DNA from: Paraphysomonas bandaiensis | Taxonomy: Eukaryota; Protista; Chrysophyceae | NCBI GenBank assembly: GCA_965644295.1 | Contig: CBFFRP010000150.1 | Coordinates: 434,001 to 498,000 of the forward strand | DNA: 64,000 nucleotides | Direction of reading: 5' to 3' | Made by a program: the position numbers and the translations under genes | The notes under the pieces: model-generated | Databases searched by the model: none | Seen by the model: only the letters and a program-made list of their open reading frames with translations | Told to the model about the DNA's origin: nothing | Part shown: positions 12,391 to 24,566 of the stretch, in pieces | How positions within the stretch are numbered: position 1 is the stretch's first letter | Layout: the number at the start of each line of letters is the position of its first letter

Positions 12391-13728
12391 TACTAATAAG
12401 ACTTTCAATATGAAGAATTAGCATCGTTCCAGGATAAATTCTAGATTCCAAACACTTTCTCAAGTAGCTAAACAAGCAATGCTATTTCCTATACCTCAAT
12501 CACTACTAATTGTAGCTAGTAGCTAGTAACTACATACACCGAAACTAATTATAGAATTGGGGTGGTGAAGAAGGCAATAAAACTGTTCGCTATATATCAA
12601 ACACATGGTCATCTACAAAAAAAAGTGTCTGGTCACAGTTGTTAAAACGTAAGACAATATTTTGCTTATATTCATCAACAAATTCTGAGCAGAAAAAATG
12701 AACCCAAGTTGATAGAAACCCATTCGAATGGGCCAAAAGTTGAGCTCACTGATATAGGACAACATAGTGGTTGCGTAACCAAAAAGTGCACCTCGTATGC
12801 CCAGTCCCTTGTTCTCAAGTGAAGGAATTAACATGAGGACAACAAAGGAATAATAAGTTTAAGACGAAGTGCTCTGTTAGTATATCAAATCACACATAAC
12901 CCCAGTAGATCATCCTGACATCATAACTGGGCATACGACGAGAGAAGAAGCACAATTTCCATATCCCATAGCACGTTGTGTATTACCAGCATATTACCCA
13001 CTTTCATCTAGAACTACTACACCCAAGACATTTACAAGGGAAAACTGGGGAAATTCCATCTTGAGCGGAATTTAGCCGTGATGTATACTACTTTATTTTC
13101 TTCTATGCTCAACATAGTAGCGCCCCATAGAGAGTAACACAGCGCACGAGACGTAAGCAATACTGTGAGTTGATTATTCATCTGGATGATAGGTATTCAT
13201 TGTCTATTAACCGTCAATCAACACGACGAACAGTGGATACAGATACATGCTCGTGTATTGCGGAAGATATTGAGATATTTCTACGTCACAGACGTGATGA
13301 ATGGGTGAGTGATATTATCTACGAATTTGATGATGAAACATGAATCTATCAGTGACCTTTGATTCTTGTTTGCCAGTGGAAATTATCATGAGCTGTTATT
13401 GCTATGACTTCGGATACAGCAGTATGTACCAGAGTGTAGCACAGTATCGCGATTCCTCAAAAAATCTTGAAGAAGCAAGAATGTGGAATACGCTTGAAAA
13501 TACGTATATGGTATATGCATACTATAAACAACTGTCGGACACAGTACTGTAATCAGTAATATACGGAGTGACTTTTTAGTAATTAAGTACGTACGTGATA
13601 TAAAAAAATATTTTCATATGAATTTTACAGTAACCATGTATGACAAGCGTGCCGTGATTACAACACAATAACTTTATAACTATGCATACATTCATAAGAT
13701 TGAGATTCAATGTACATGTAAAATAAGA

Positions 13729-14775
13729 ATGAAAGTGGGGTCCGTAGAATTTGACCCGGTGGTTGGTATTGTTGATAGGAATGAGCTTACGAGGACTAAT
13801 ACACTCAATGTGATCAGACAAGACCTCGAAATATTATCTACACAGGCATTACATTATCATGAGTTTGTCTCGTTATCTGAACTAGTGGATAGCAAACAAC
13901 ATTTCGTGTTTATTACATGCTCACTTATTGATTCAGATTTTGATCAGATAAATGATATGATTGGTAGGCATAGTATAACGTGCCCTATCATAATGCTTCA
14001 CCCTAACTGGACCACTGATTTGCTCAAGAAGGGTGTGAATACGTTCCCATCGAATACGTATTTTACTTCAGTGTCACTGAGAAGTGGATTTGTTAGGGAT
14101 ATTCTTGAGCGTGAACACAAGCGGTTGGGAATCTCGTCACCAACTTCTGATTTCCCCTTTCGCGTGACTACTGACGAGTCTGAAAGTCAGCCCTATATAA
14201 GGATACGTAAACGTCTTTTCTCACAGTTTTCGTTATCGAATCCTTCTTCAGGTAATAATTCCGAAGGAGACTCTTCTTCAGGTGAAACGTCATCTTCTTC
14301 CACTATAAGCTCAACGTCGTCATCTTCCCACCAAGAAACGGTACAGAAGCCGAGAAACACGGCTAATTCTATAAGAATGGTGGTTGGACGAACCGGTGCC
14401 GAGAGAGAACTCCGTGTGCTATACTTGAGTGATTCAGTAGAAGCAGAGAAATATTTCAAAAGTGTATACTTCCCGGGTACACTCCTGTCGTCACTCCTGC
14501 CTGAGTGTGCCGACAAAATTGCCGAGTTTCTTGCATCCAGTCGAGGTGTACGAGACTCAACAATTACTATCCCATCCTCAGCAGGAAGCCCAATAGAGTA
14601 TCATGTCTCGGTGTATCCACTCAGTGTAAGTTTGAAGAAGTATATTGGGTCACCAGCATATGTGGCCATGGGTAACAGAATTATCAAGGATTCTGAAGGT
14701 CGCGCCGTTATGCCCAAAGGAGTAATTTTCCTTCAACCAGGCCAGAATCGTCCTGATTCTGCACGTTCTTACTAA
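13729..14775 (+). CDS. Hypothetical protein with a possible N-terminal pseudo-receiver domain and Ser-rich linker
   Basis: 348-aa intronless ORF; VGIVDRNELTR...VFITCSL...CPIIML resembles a receiver domain lacking the acceptor Asp. Confidence 0.6.
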   Translation: MKVGSVEFDPVVGIVDRNELTRTNTLNVIRQDLEILSTQALHYHEFVSLSELVDSKQHFVFITCSLIDSDFDQINDMIGRHSITCPIIMLHPNWTTDLLKKGVNTFPSNTYFTSVSLRSGFVRDILEREHKRLGISSPTSDFPFRVTTDESESQPYIRIRKRLFSQFSLSNPSSGNNSEGDSSSGETSSSSTISSTSSSSHQETVQKPRNTANSIRMVVGRTGAERELRVLYLSDSVEAEKYFKSVYFPGTLLSSLLPECADKIAEFLASSRGVRDSTITIPSSAGSPIEYHVSVYPLSVSLKKYIGSPAYVAMGNRIIKDSEGRAVMPKGVIFLQPGQNRPDSARSY

Positions 14776-15122
14776 AGAAGTTTTTTAACATGCAATTGAA
14801 CGTAGTTGTTATGCCTCACGAATATTTGATGATCGCTGATTGAATGACATTCATTCTTCTGTAAATATTTTTGTAACTGAGATAAGTTCATATTAACATC
14901 TGTTAGTCATATGTTCACCCGCCAACCCTATTCTATAATGACAACTAAGAATGGAACTAATTCTCGAGTAAATGCCTTCAGTTGGTATACTACACGCATA
15001 ATACCCCCCCAGAGATTGAACGGTTCTCTCAACTTTTACGACACGCTGTTTCGTTACTATTTAAATCAATGATACTCTTCACCGCTGCGTTGCCTATGTG
15101 AAACTTGGAACAACATCTCTAT

Positions 15123-15758
15123 AGGTTCAGAACTCAGGTACCTACAGGTCTTTCGTCTTATACCTATAGGCAGCGAGAAGCACTACCTATAGACAGTACC
15201 TAAGCCTGCGATACCTATAGGTGGGGCTTGAGGTACCTATAGGTAGGTACCTAACTGTTGAGTTTTGCTGTTTGTGAGCAATTAAAAGCTGTAGTTTCCA
15301 AGATATTAGAATTATATCCGTTACTCAAAGAATACAGTAGTAGCTAGCTGTAGTATGAGAACCAATAATATGATAGCCATTGTAGTGATAAAACTGAAAT
15401 ATACTGACTGTACAAGATAGTGACGATGTAAGATCGTACTAGAAATGGTTGGTGTAGTAGAGATAGAAAGAGTTGGTGAACGTCAATGAATGAAGTATGG
15501 TATCTCTTATAATTATATAATATTCCATATAAGTGTTAACGAAGGTCTTATTACTAAAAATGTCTATTTCTAACACTAACTCTTATCACCTATAGGCAGG
15601 GTAGCTAGGTATACCTATAGGTGGTGACAGCTAGGCACCTACCTATAGGTAGGGTCATTAGGCATGACTATAGGTGGGACCTATTAGGTAGGTACCTATT
15701 AGGTACTTGCGGTGGATCTATAGGTAGGTAGAGCGACCTATTGGTACCGAATTCGTCC
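15123..15758. mobile_element. Non-autonomous DNA element with clustered palindromic subterminal repeats
   Basis: Many (a)cctatagg(t) copies at 15138-15253 and 15587-15748; imperfect terminal IR gaactcaggtacc / ggtaccgaattc; AT-rich core. Confidence 0.6.
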
Positions 15759-15807
15759 CACCGATGATCAGCAATTGAGAACAAGTGTACAGACATATAG
15801 TATAATA

Positions 15808-15962
15808 CAGGGATAGGGAACAATATATTGTATTGCAATACATTGTACAATATATTGCAATATATTGTAATTGTATTGTAGAACCGGTTTAAAAAACCCG
15901 TCAATACTATTGATGGAACGCTATCTAACAATACTATTGCAATGTATTGTTCCCTATCCCTG
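15808..15962. mobile_element. hAT-superfamily MITE
   Basis: TIR cagggatagggaacaata / tattgttccctatccctg; perfect 8-bp TSD gtataata. Confidence 0.9.
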
Positions 15963-16462
15963 GTATAATATATATAGTATAGTATAATACTTATCGCGTT
16001 GAAAGAAATTATGGTGATTTAATAATTAAAATTAGTATTATTTACATAAGTGGTCACGAAAATGCTTCTATTAAATGATTTCATGCTTGAAGTTGGAAGA
16101 GGAAGAAGATTGAAAGTGATACTTTTACACGGACCCAGGCTCAGGATAATGTGAAAAGTGAATCATGCATTACGTATTACCACGGTTGAATGTTGACCTA
16201 TTGTCGTGCAGAAGCTATGATTAAATTTTTTTAGGTAATCTCCGCTCCTTACTTAGGTTGTCACTCAGTCCTATAAATTATAAATTTATCATCATACTAT
16301 TCATAAACCTGTATACCAACTTAATTTGAGCTGTTTGAATTTTTAGGATGAGATAAAACTCTTTAAAACGATATATACCGGTTTAGGTATCACTGCTGAT
16401 GTTAAGCCGAATACCAACTAAATACAAGTAGCAAATCATTCCTTTCATATATCTATATTTAT

Positions 16463-17560
16463 CAGGGCTGCGTATCAAGAAATAGCGAAAGAAGGGTTAT
16501 GGGTGGGGAAACCTCTAGCAGCATGCCTCTAGGGAAAGTTTTGGTTGCTCAGCGATGTGGTGGTGCGATGGAGAAATACTTGGAGCGTAAGGTATCACCT
16601 AATAGAACTAGGGAAGGAAGGTGAACATCAGCTCGATCTCCGCGACGTTGTACATTGTTTCACGAACTCATAATAATAAGCCACCCGATTGTCGAGCGTC
16701 GTCTGGGCGACAATTCTGCTATTATTCGTAACGCTGCATTCGAAAATGCAGTCGTGAAGATTCAAAGTGGCAACAAAGTCTGAATTACCTGACTTTACCA
16801 ATGCTCAAAATTTATTTTTTTCTCTTTCAGCAAGATAAGAACGCCAATGTTGATCTGGATCACACAACTGTTGCAATGACTTTTAGAATTTCCACAACTA
16901 AGGATACACTCTCCTTGTCACTCTCAGCAAGGGATACAAAAAATGCTTGGTTTTCTTTGGCACGTGAGATAAACAACTGGAGATGTGAACGTTGTAACCC
17001 CTATGCGTATATATGAACGCAATATTCGTTGGAGCAACTGAAACACAACATCTTAGAGTACATCTTTTTCAACGTATGATATTGAATCTTGGGAGATCAA
17101 TTGGATCAAATGTGCCTCGTTGCTTAATGATATCGATAAAAGGCTGCAAGTAATGAGTGTCTTCTTCGGCAGCTGTCGCTGGATCGAAATCGACTCACTC
17201 TGAGTATTCAACGTTCCCATGTCAGGAAGAAGTGTGCATTGCTCGGACCCCCCTGCCGTGAGAACATGCAAACATTCTGTGCTATTTGTGCATCAATATC
17301 CTTCAAAAGAGAGAGAGTTTAGTCCTATACTGCTCAGGGGTCCCTAAATTATCGACCGACTTCTGAGTAAGTGTAGTGATTAAATCTTCCGACTGTTCCG
17401 TCCGAAAGGTCTTCCTTTTTCTTCTTATTGAAGCTTGAAACAAGGTTGCAACCTGTTGCTTGCTTGTCACTTCTACAAAGAAAATCAACGGATCGAAAAC
17501 CAGAAAATCTGGCCATGATACAGCAAGCAAAGAGTGGAACCATCAACTGTACCACGTCCA
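16463..17560 (-). pseudogene. Possible decayed DNA transposon (hAT-like) with fragmented coding remnants
   Basis: Begins cagggctgcgtatcaa, identical to the end at 29843; GC-richer broken frames with Cys/His-rich segment near 17220-17300; second end not found. Confidence 0.3.
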
Positions 17561-17756
17561 GCACCCGCTATGTTATATACACTCTGTATATTACGTATAC
17601 CTGATAGCATGTAGTTGGGCGGATGGTGTGAATACCACACACTACCACGTAGCTATATACGTTTGTCCGTCTATAGATGCCAACAGATGCATGCTATAGC
17701 TGAGAAGACATCAATACTTGGGCGTGGAATAGAGACAACACACAGAAATAAGAGCA

Positions 17757-18999
17757 ATGGAATGTCAGTTAGTGAATTCTAGTGTTTTATGAGATAATAT
17801 TATTCGTGCAACAGTTACAGGCTTACAGGATTACACTATTGGACTTATTGGATGCGGTAAAATCGGGAATGCAGTTGCTCGTGGATATGCTGGAGCTGAT
17901 CCTTCAGATCGACCTAGAAAGGTTTCAAGTGCCACTGTAATGATGATGATTTAATAAAAAATGAAATATCAGATTATTATTTCTCCGAGAAATGCAGCGA
18001 GAGCTAAGGCTTTAAAGGAGGACTACAGTGACGTTGTTGAAGTGGCAGAATCTAATCAGGATGTTGTCGAACGTGCAGATGTTATTTTTGTGGGTCTTGT
18101 TCCTGAAGTAGCACGTGAAGTTCTACCACAAATGCCATTCACTGAGCGCCACTTACTTGTTTCGATGATGGCTGCTGTTAACTACGAAGAGTTCACTGCT
18201 CTCTGTAAGCGTGAAAACGGCGAGAATTGCGTCAAGATCGTCCCCCTTCCATCTGCAGCCCGTCGTTCGGGTCCAATCTTGTTCTATCCTCCTCACCCCC
18301 TTCTAGAAAAGATTGTGGGGGCGGTGGGGACACCTGTGCCATGCACCCAAGAAGCTGCAATGAAACCACTCATCAGCGTAGCTGGGCATATCAGTCCATT
18401 CTATGAGCTCATGCGAGTTACCCAAAAATGGATTGAAGATAAGGGTATGTAGATTACATACGTTATGTTCACATGCATTCCTTTCTTTCTCTTTATGGGT
18501 CTGGCAGTAGAACATTTATTACGAACTCTTTCTAATGGTAGTGACCAGGTCTTCCAGCCCACACTGCCCGCCTCTATGTATCTTCTTTCTATTCAAGTCT
18601 TGCAATTGCAGCATTCACCTCACCTGATGACTTCGGAGGTGGGCAATCTATATATATCCATTTGTTAATATCAATTTTATATGAGAATGTTGTGTTTTCA
18701 CCTAAGTCTGTATTTTACGAAAAACATAGTAATTAAGTTTATATTAATCTATGTAGACATGGTCGAAGAAGCCGCAACTCCTGGAGGCCTCAACGAACAG
18801 GTGAGAACTATTTGCCATTGCATAGAACTACGCTAATATTACTCTTGTATCGCCTGCTAAAGTCAACCCAATTTTTGAGGGGAACGCCACACTTTCAACT
18901 TCACGAGGAGGTATGCATGAGTCTGCAATACTTTAGTGTATCCTAATTTTTTCATTTGTTTAGTCCCTGCAGACAGTGTTGGACAGGTTAAACAAATGA
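17757..18999 (+). CDS. Pyrroline-5-carboxylate reductase-like protein (multi-exon; exact start uncertain)
   Basis: IGLIGCGKIG Rossmann motif, SPRNAARA, SNQDVVERADVIF, ATPGGLNEQ across GT-AG introns. Confidence 0.85.
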
Positions 19000-20577
19000 A
19001 CTTGGTATAAGCAAACTGCTGTTTAGACGAGTCAACTTGTCATCCTTTGACGAGTATAGTAGTAGACATGCGTTTCGGTTATTGCAATTTGCCTTAAAAA
19101 TTTACCTTATGAAATATTTATTGTCAGACTCTTTCCTGCCTAGAGAATGAACAGTTGTATTATTTCGCTCGCTCCGCCTATTTTCATTGTTTAGTACAAT
19201 TATTTCTAAACTCGAGTCGTTGAAACCAGAGCTAGGAAGCACTATATTGTATTTTGTATTTAAATAGTATTGATAAGTCGAACCCACCAATATAGTTATT
19301 GTTTTGCTGCTCACAATGCGTTATAATAGATATTAACTACTATATATCTAATACACTGGGTATTATGTGATAGAAGGATAATAGAGTAAATAAATTTTCG
19401 TTTACTAGACACTAGACATTACAACTTTATCTTTGCCATCAAGAAGGTAATTTAGCTATATACTCCAAGCTATCTTGATGACCTGTCACTGTATGGTTGT
19501 TGTTTGTTGTGTACCAGAATACGGTTAAATGAGTGTTCTATTTAACCAACAAAAGGTCAAAAATACGTTTTCTGAGACGAAATGGGGATACTGCTTTCTA
19601 CTTATACGTATGCTATCTGTAGGACATCAGTGCTGTAAAATTTTAACTTGTTATGCTGCATGAAATGTTTTCATGACAACATGATATGAAAATGAAGAAT
19701 GAAATTACTTGAAAATTTATGAACTGTGTTATCATTGTCAATTCTGCAATCAATATCACATAATATGCTACAGGGATTATTGTAAGTATATTTCATATCA
19801 AATAGAATAAAAGTTTTGTTCCCCAAATGTCAGTTGTAAAACGGTGTGACGGCTTTAGAATCACAACTCGATTAGGAAATATCAGCGACCTGTTAGTTCC
19901 TGGGGATGTCTCTGATGCCATCAATATCAGACCATTCCACGGCAGCTATTTTCGTATTCCCCACAGTAGGCCACATAAAGGGAAAACCACCTATAGAGTC
20001 ATTCATAAGAAGCTTATAGTGGTGGATATGTTATGATAGTTACCTGCGAAAGCTCCCAGCATACACACAGCCAAACCCCCCGCAAGAGGTTTCCAACTCT
20101 TCTTCATATGATTAGCCAGCACCATTATCGTTATCTAAGTTAAGCACTTCCTGATATCTTATTGAATCCTGCGATATGTTTCTTCTTCTATGATACTGTG
20201 AGTGCCTGGTCTGTCCATATCTATATCAACACTCTGTACAGAACTGTACATACATACACATATCCAGAACACTTCACTTTATTCTTTTTGCTGACGTCTT
20301 GAAGTTCACACTCAACAGCAGCAGATACAAAGCCTTCTGGAAATACTGCAGTGTGGATTACTCAAATACGGGAATGTATTCGATGGTATTTTATGTATTC
20401 TCGAGAACTGAAAAACGTTTATGTTGGTTGTATGTATGCACCGTATTCCATATGTATTCATTGTTGTCGGGTTTGTCAGTGGCAGAAATTGCATATAGTG
20501 TATACATACATACACGCTACAATGCTGATTAAATCAACATCATTGAAGCACTGAGTTGCATTCATTAATTTATAATA

Positions 20578-21435
20578 ATGCCTAGAGATAAATATGACAG
20601 TGATCGTTTGCAGTCATCAAGTAGACTCAAGCGAGACCGCAGTTCTAGTAGAGAAAGACGATATGAGAGATCTCCAAAGCGTAATGGCCGGAGCAGAAGT
20701 AGAGAAAGGCATCGCGAGAGATCTCCAAAGCGTAACGACCGAAGCAAGAGTAAAGAGAGACCAGCGCAGGATATGAACACTGGAGGAATACATGCTGCTT
20801 TGAGCGGTGCAGAGAAAAAGGGTGGAAAGAGGCGAAATGATGAACCATCTTCAGGAAGAAATGTGTGGGGCAATGTTGGTGCGGAAGAGGAATACGAAGC
20901 AGAGAAAAGAAAGGCAAGAGGAGAGGATGTACCTGAAGAGGAAAAACAGAAAGCAAATTTTGGATTGACTGGAGCACTTGCAAAAGATGAGAACACTGGA
21001 AATATGTACAACGGTGTCTTATTAAAATGGACAGAACCCTTGGATGCTGCCGGTCCCCCAAAGGGATGGAGGTTTTATGTGTTCAAGGACGATAAAGTTG
21101 TTGAGACATTGTATCTGCACCGACAGTCCGCATTTCTCTTTGGAAGAGATAACAGAGTTGCCGACCATGTTCTAGGACATCCTTCCTGCTCTGGACAGCA
21201 TGCTGTCATACAATTTCGAGCGGTAAGGAAACGCAATGCTGATGAAATTGCCGCTGGAAATAAGGAGAAGAGGGTGTCGAAGCCTTATATTATGGATTTA
21301 GGTTCCACCAATAAAACTTATTTGAATGGCGAGGCCATAGAGGATTCACGTTACTACGAACTGCTCGAGAAAGACGTTGTAAAATTCGGGAATAGTACAA
21401 GAGAATATGTTCTAATATGTGATAAAAATAGCTAA
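20578..21435 (+). CDS. SNIP1: Smad nuclear-interacting protein 1 / Pml1 / DAWDLE FHA-domain splicing factor
   Basis: RS-rich N-terminus, KANFGLTGALAKD, LKWTEP, WRFYVFK, FGRD..HPSCSGQHAVIQFR, PYIMDLGSTNKT, KFGNSTREY. Confidence 0.93.
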   Translation: MPRDKYDSDRLQSSSRLKRDRSSSRERRYERSPKRNGRSRSRERHRERSPKRNDRSKSKERPAQDMNTGGIHAALSGAEKKGGKRRNDEPSSGRNVWGNVGAEEEYEAEKRKARGEDVPEEEKQKANFGLTGALAKDENTGNMYNGVLLKWTEPLDAAGPPKGWRFYVFKDDKVVETLYLHRQSAFLFGRDNRVADHVLGHPSCSGQHAVIQFRAVRKRNADEIAAGNKEKRVSKPYIMDLGSTNKTYLNGEAIEDSRYYELLEKDVVKFGNSTREYVLICDKNS

Positions 21436-21999
21436 ATGAAGTGTAGCGAATTTTTGTTTCTTTTGTATATTGCGGAGGTAATAAGTGTGGAAATAACAAT
21501 TGAATACATGTCTCACGACCTCGAATCACTAAATTGCAAATACTCTGTCCTATGGCCCATTATTTAGCTAGTATGCTAGTATAGACGTGATCATAGCATT
21601 AAATTTTATCACAGATTGTTGTAACCGCGTCGGATATAAGTGACGTTTGCTTAGTGTAATTCTGTGCCGAATTTATCGCTATACTACCAATCACCACACT
21701 GCAGTAATTTTGAGGAGCAATAAAACCTGTATTTAAATGCGGCAAGAAAGAAGAACCTTTTTACGATTTTTCACACGCGGAAATACATATTATTCCAAGA
21801 AATTTTAATCAAATTATGTGATTATCTAATTCATGCTTTTTGTGGAGATCAAAGTTTGGAAACAAAAATATAAAATGTCGATGGAATAATACTTTATTTA
21901 TATTCAAGTTAAAATATGGTACGCAACTATCATATAATTATATCATATGTAACTGTACAACATAAGAAAAACAATGCCCAAATATTCGTAACTGCCAAA

Positions 22000-23056
22000 T
22001 CACTGAAGTAAGTAGTAACTGCCAATTTGGATACTTTCTGTTGGACTGGTGTCGTTACTTTTAGAATTCGCTTTCTGTTTTTTCTTTATATTCTTCATTT
22101 TCTTTCGATGGGCCATACTGTGTAGCTCAAAGTGAATGCTTCCCCTCCGGAGTGTAGACCGTCGTCGGATCCGTTCTTTCACTTCCTTTATTTGCGCTCT
22201 CTTTGGTCGAAAGAGGTCCACAACTTCTTTATTCGAAGCAACCCTAAGTTTAAAGTAAACCAGCAAAATGCGATATCAAGACAACGTACGATTGGGCAGA
22301 CTTGACTATACGCTCCCAAAATTCTTCATCTCCGATATAGGCTTTCAGTTTCGTCTACTCGACAAATATAGTAAATATATAAGTTAGCCACATTGCTTCG
22401 ATAAAACGAGTACCTGAAATGTCAATGGCTCATACAGAAATCTCGGATATTTCTTAACTGACTCCTTGAACTCTGTGCGCGATATTTTCTTATTTCCATC
22501 TTTATCAAGGCTCTTGAGCATGGACTTAACAGTATGCTTCTTGTTTCTTTTTCCAAATATTCCGTCAATTAACTCCTGGATATTTGCTTCTTCAAGCTCA
22601 TCTGAATTACCAGCATACAGATCAAATGTGAAGTCAGCAATGCTCTCAGTGCCTCTCGAGCAAAACCTCCAAACAGCTAATGTGAACTACAAAACTAGAA
22701 ATCAGTCAATGAGAGATCAAGCACACCGATTCCGTACCTCTCTAAAATCAAAATATCCATCTACTGCAGTGTCTAAATCCTCAAATAACTCCACTGATAG
22801 GGGTGTTTCGTCTGGGCATAGAATTAATAAATCAGATGCTACAATAAATAACATGATAATACGTACCGATACCAATAGCACGTAAAAAATCGCCTATACA
22901 TATCATTCCTTTATCGTTTTTATCTATTGCTCTAAAAGCTTCATAGAAAGTGGCCACTTCTTTATCAGATAGTGCGATCTTCTTGAAGTCTGCTAGGTTA
23001 CGCTCGCTGTGTGCTTTATCATCAGTGTGAACGCGTTTCGCACCACAACAACCCAT
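22000..23056 (-). CDS. EF-hand calcium-binding protein with N-terminal MGCCG acylation motif (multi-exon)
   Basis: MGCCG start; loops DKNDKGMI, DTAVDGYFDF, DKDGNKKI; exons joined by GT-AG introns. Confidence 0.75.
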
Positions 23057-23342
23057 CTTATCCAATAGGCTCAAGTCAACACATTATAACATTCATCGCA
23101 ATTCATAATAAACGACACTCCGCAGGTACATCACGTACAACGAGTATATATTATGAACCGACTAAGTTAAGTTATCATCGCAGGCATGTTAAAGATATGG
23201 AGACCTCCATTCAATAAAATCCCCATTTTTGTATTTTCTAACAGTAAAACGTCTGAAAACCACCGGAATAACCACCCGCATAAGACAAAATGAACAGGAG
23301 TATATACATCTGTGTCTATAGAAAAACGCTTAAACATGTCCT

Positions 23343-23356
23343 AAAAACGACAAAAA
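23343..23356 (-). terminator. Pol III oligo-T terminators of the 5S gene
   Basis: Two T5 runs on the minus strand directly after the 5S 3' end. Confidence 0.75.
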
Positions 23357-23474
23357 CGGACAGTACCCGGACTTCGCACGTGGTCACCCACCGTACTACT
23401 AACCGGGCCAGATGCAACTTAACTTCCGCGAGCGGAACGAGAGCGGGTGCGGTTTGCATTGTATGACCGTCCAT
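23356..23474 (-). rRNA. 5S rRNA gene (single dispersed copy)
   Basis: AUGGACGGUCAUAC...GAAGUUAAG...UUAGUAGUACGGUGGGUGACCACGUGCGAAGUCC...CUGUCCGU; ends base-pair; ~119 nt. Confidence 0.95.
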
Positions 23475-23786
23475 GCTGATAGTGTGAATTCTGTTGTATA
23501 TAAAGCAAATACATGTCCAGATAGTATCCATGATGCATATGCATGTGATCATGTAGAAACCTTTCTTCGCATGATATCTGGATGAAGAATAAGGAGCATT
23601 CTATGCCTCATCCTCTATAAATATCCTCTATTTATAGCTACTTTGTGAAAGAAGGTCAAACGACCATGTGAAGTGACAAAATTGTTAATGCTGCGGTTGA
23701 TTCCGGGGGGTATTCATACGATATACGCATATTCAAATGGAGAATGTCACAGTTGTGCGTTGCCACACGGCCGCATTGCATTATAG

Positions 23787-24542
23787 CAGGGCCTGGTAAC
23801 CGTTAATAGTAATGGCATTAATGGTCATTAATGGGCTATTAATGGTAATGTCATCATAATTGCCGGGAACTAGACTACCGTTAATGGCATGTACTGGTAC
23901 TTGATATATGCTACAGTATATAGAACTAAGTGAAATTTAAACAATGTTAAACAATGTTCATGCAACTCTACAGCTACTTTGTGGCAACTTTGCTCTATAT
24001 AGCGGCAAACTTATTGCTAAAAGAGTTGGAAAATAGTTTCCTGAGCAACAACATAACAACGCACTCTGAAAAAGTTTTGAAAATATCATATTTTACCTAG
24101 AAAACATGTATAAATGAGTATTTTACTGAACGAGAAAACTTCCATTCCTTTATACTTTATATCCAAGCACAATCGAATGTTGTTGTTGAGAGGCTCTGTA
24201 GTCGTGCAAAGTTTATTAAGACACCTGAATCCTTATCATCTAGAATCGTCCCTATTCCTACGAGCCAATTACATGTTGTGGGATGCATATGCCCTCCATT
24301 AAGTCCTGCAAGAATAGTATCCTGATGTACTAGTGGAGAGCGAGAAGTAGTTACGATTCTTAGTCTGTTAGTTAACTAAGGAGCACCACACTATCCATTA
24401 TGAGCGGTATTATCTACTTAGGTATTAATGGCAATTAATGGGCCAATATAAATTTCGGGACATTTTTCATTAACGCTATTTTAATAACCAGGCTGGACGG
24501 CTGGACTACCATTACTGGGCCCTTAATGGTTCCCAGGTCATA
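23787..24542. mobile_element. Degenerate non-autonomous hAT-like element
   Basis: cagggcctggtaaccgttaa at left vs ttaatggttcccaggtc at right; subterminal taatgg repeats at both ends; no clear TSD. Confidence 0.55.
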
Positions 24543-24566
24543 CTTCATGCTTTATAGGGTAAGATG

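Larger units (their letters stand above)
11411..12410 (+). mobile_element. Non-autonomous retroposon (ribozyme-headed SINE/SIDE-like), copy 1, with a nested inverted insertion in its tail
   Basis: 13-bp TSD tgaagacttagca (11398-11410) / tgaagaattagca (12411-12423); highly similar to 24567-25130; ends actaataagactttcaata. Confidence 0.85.

Noticed and set aside
11935-12410. Apparent TIR element (tattgaatgtc...gactttcaata)
   Set aside because: The inverted ends are two copies of the same retroelement tail produced by nesting; the 13-bp TSD brackets 11411-12410 instead
19827-20240. Possible transposase relic
   Set aside because: Broken frames with no motif or termini I could support
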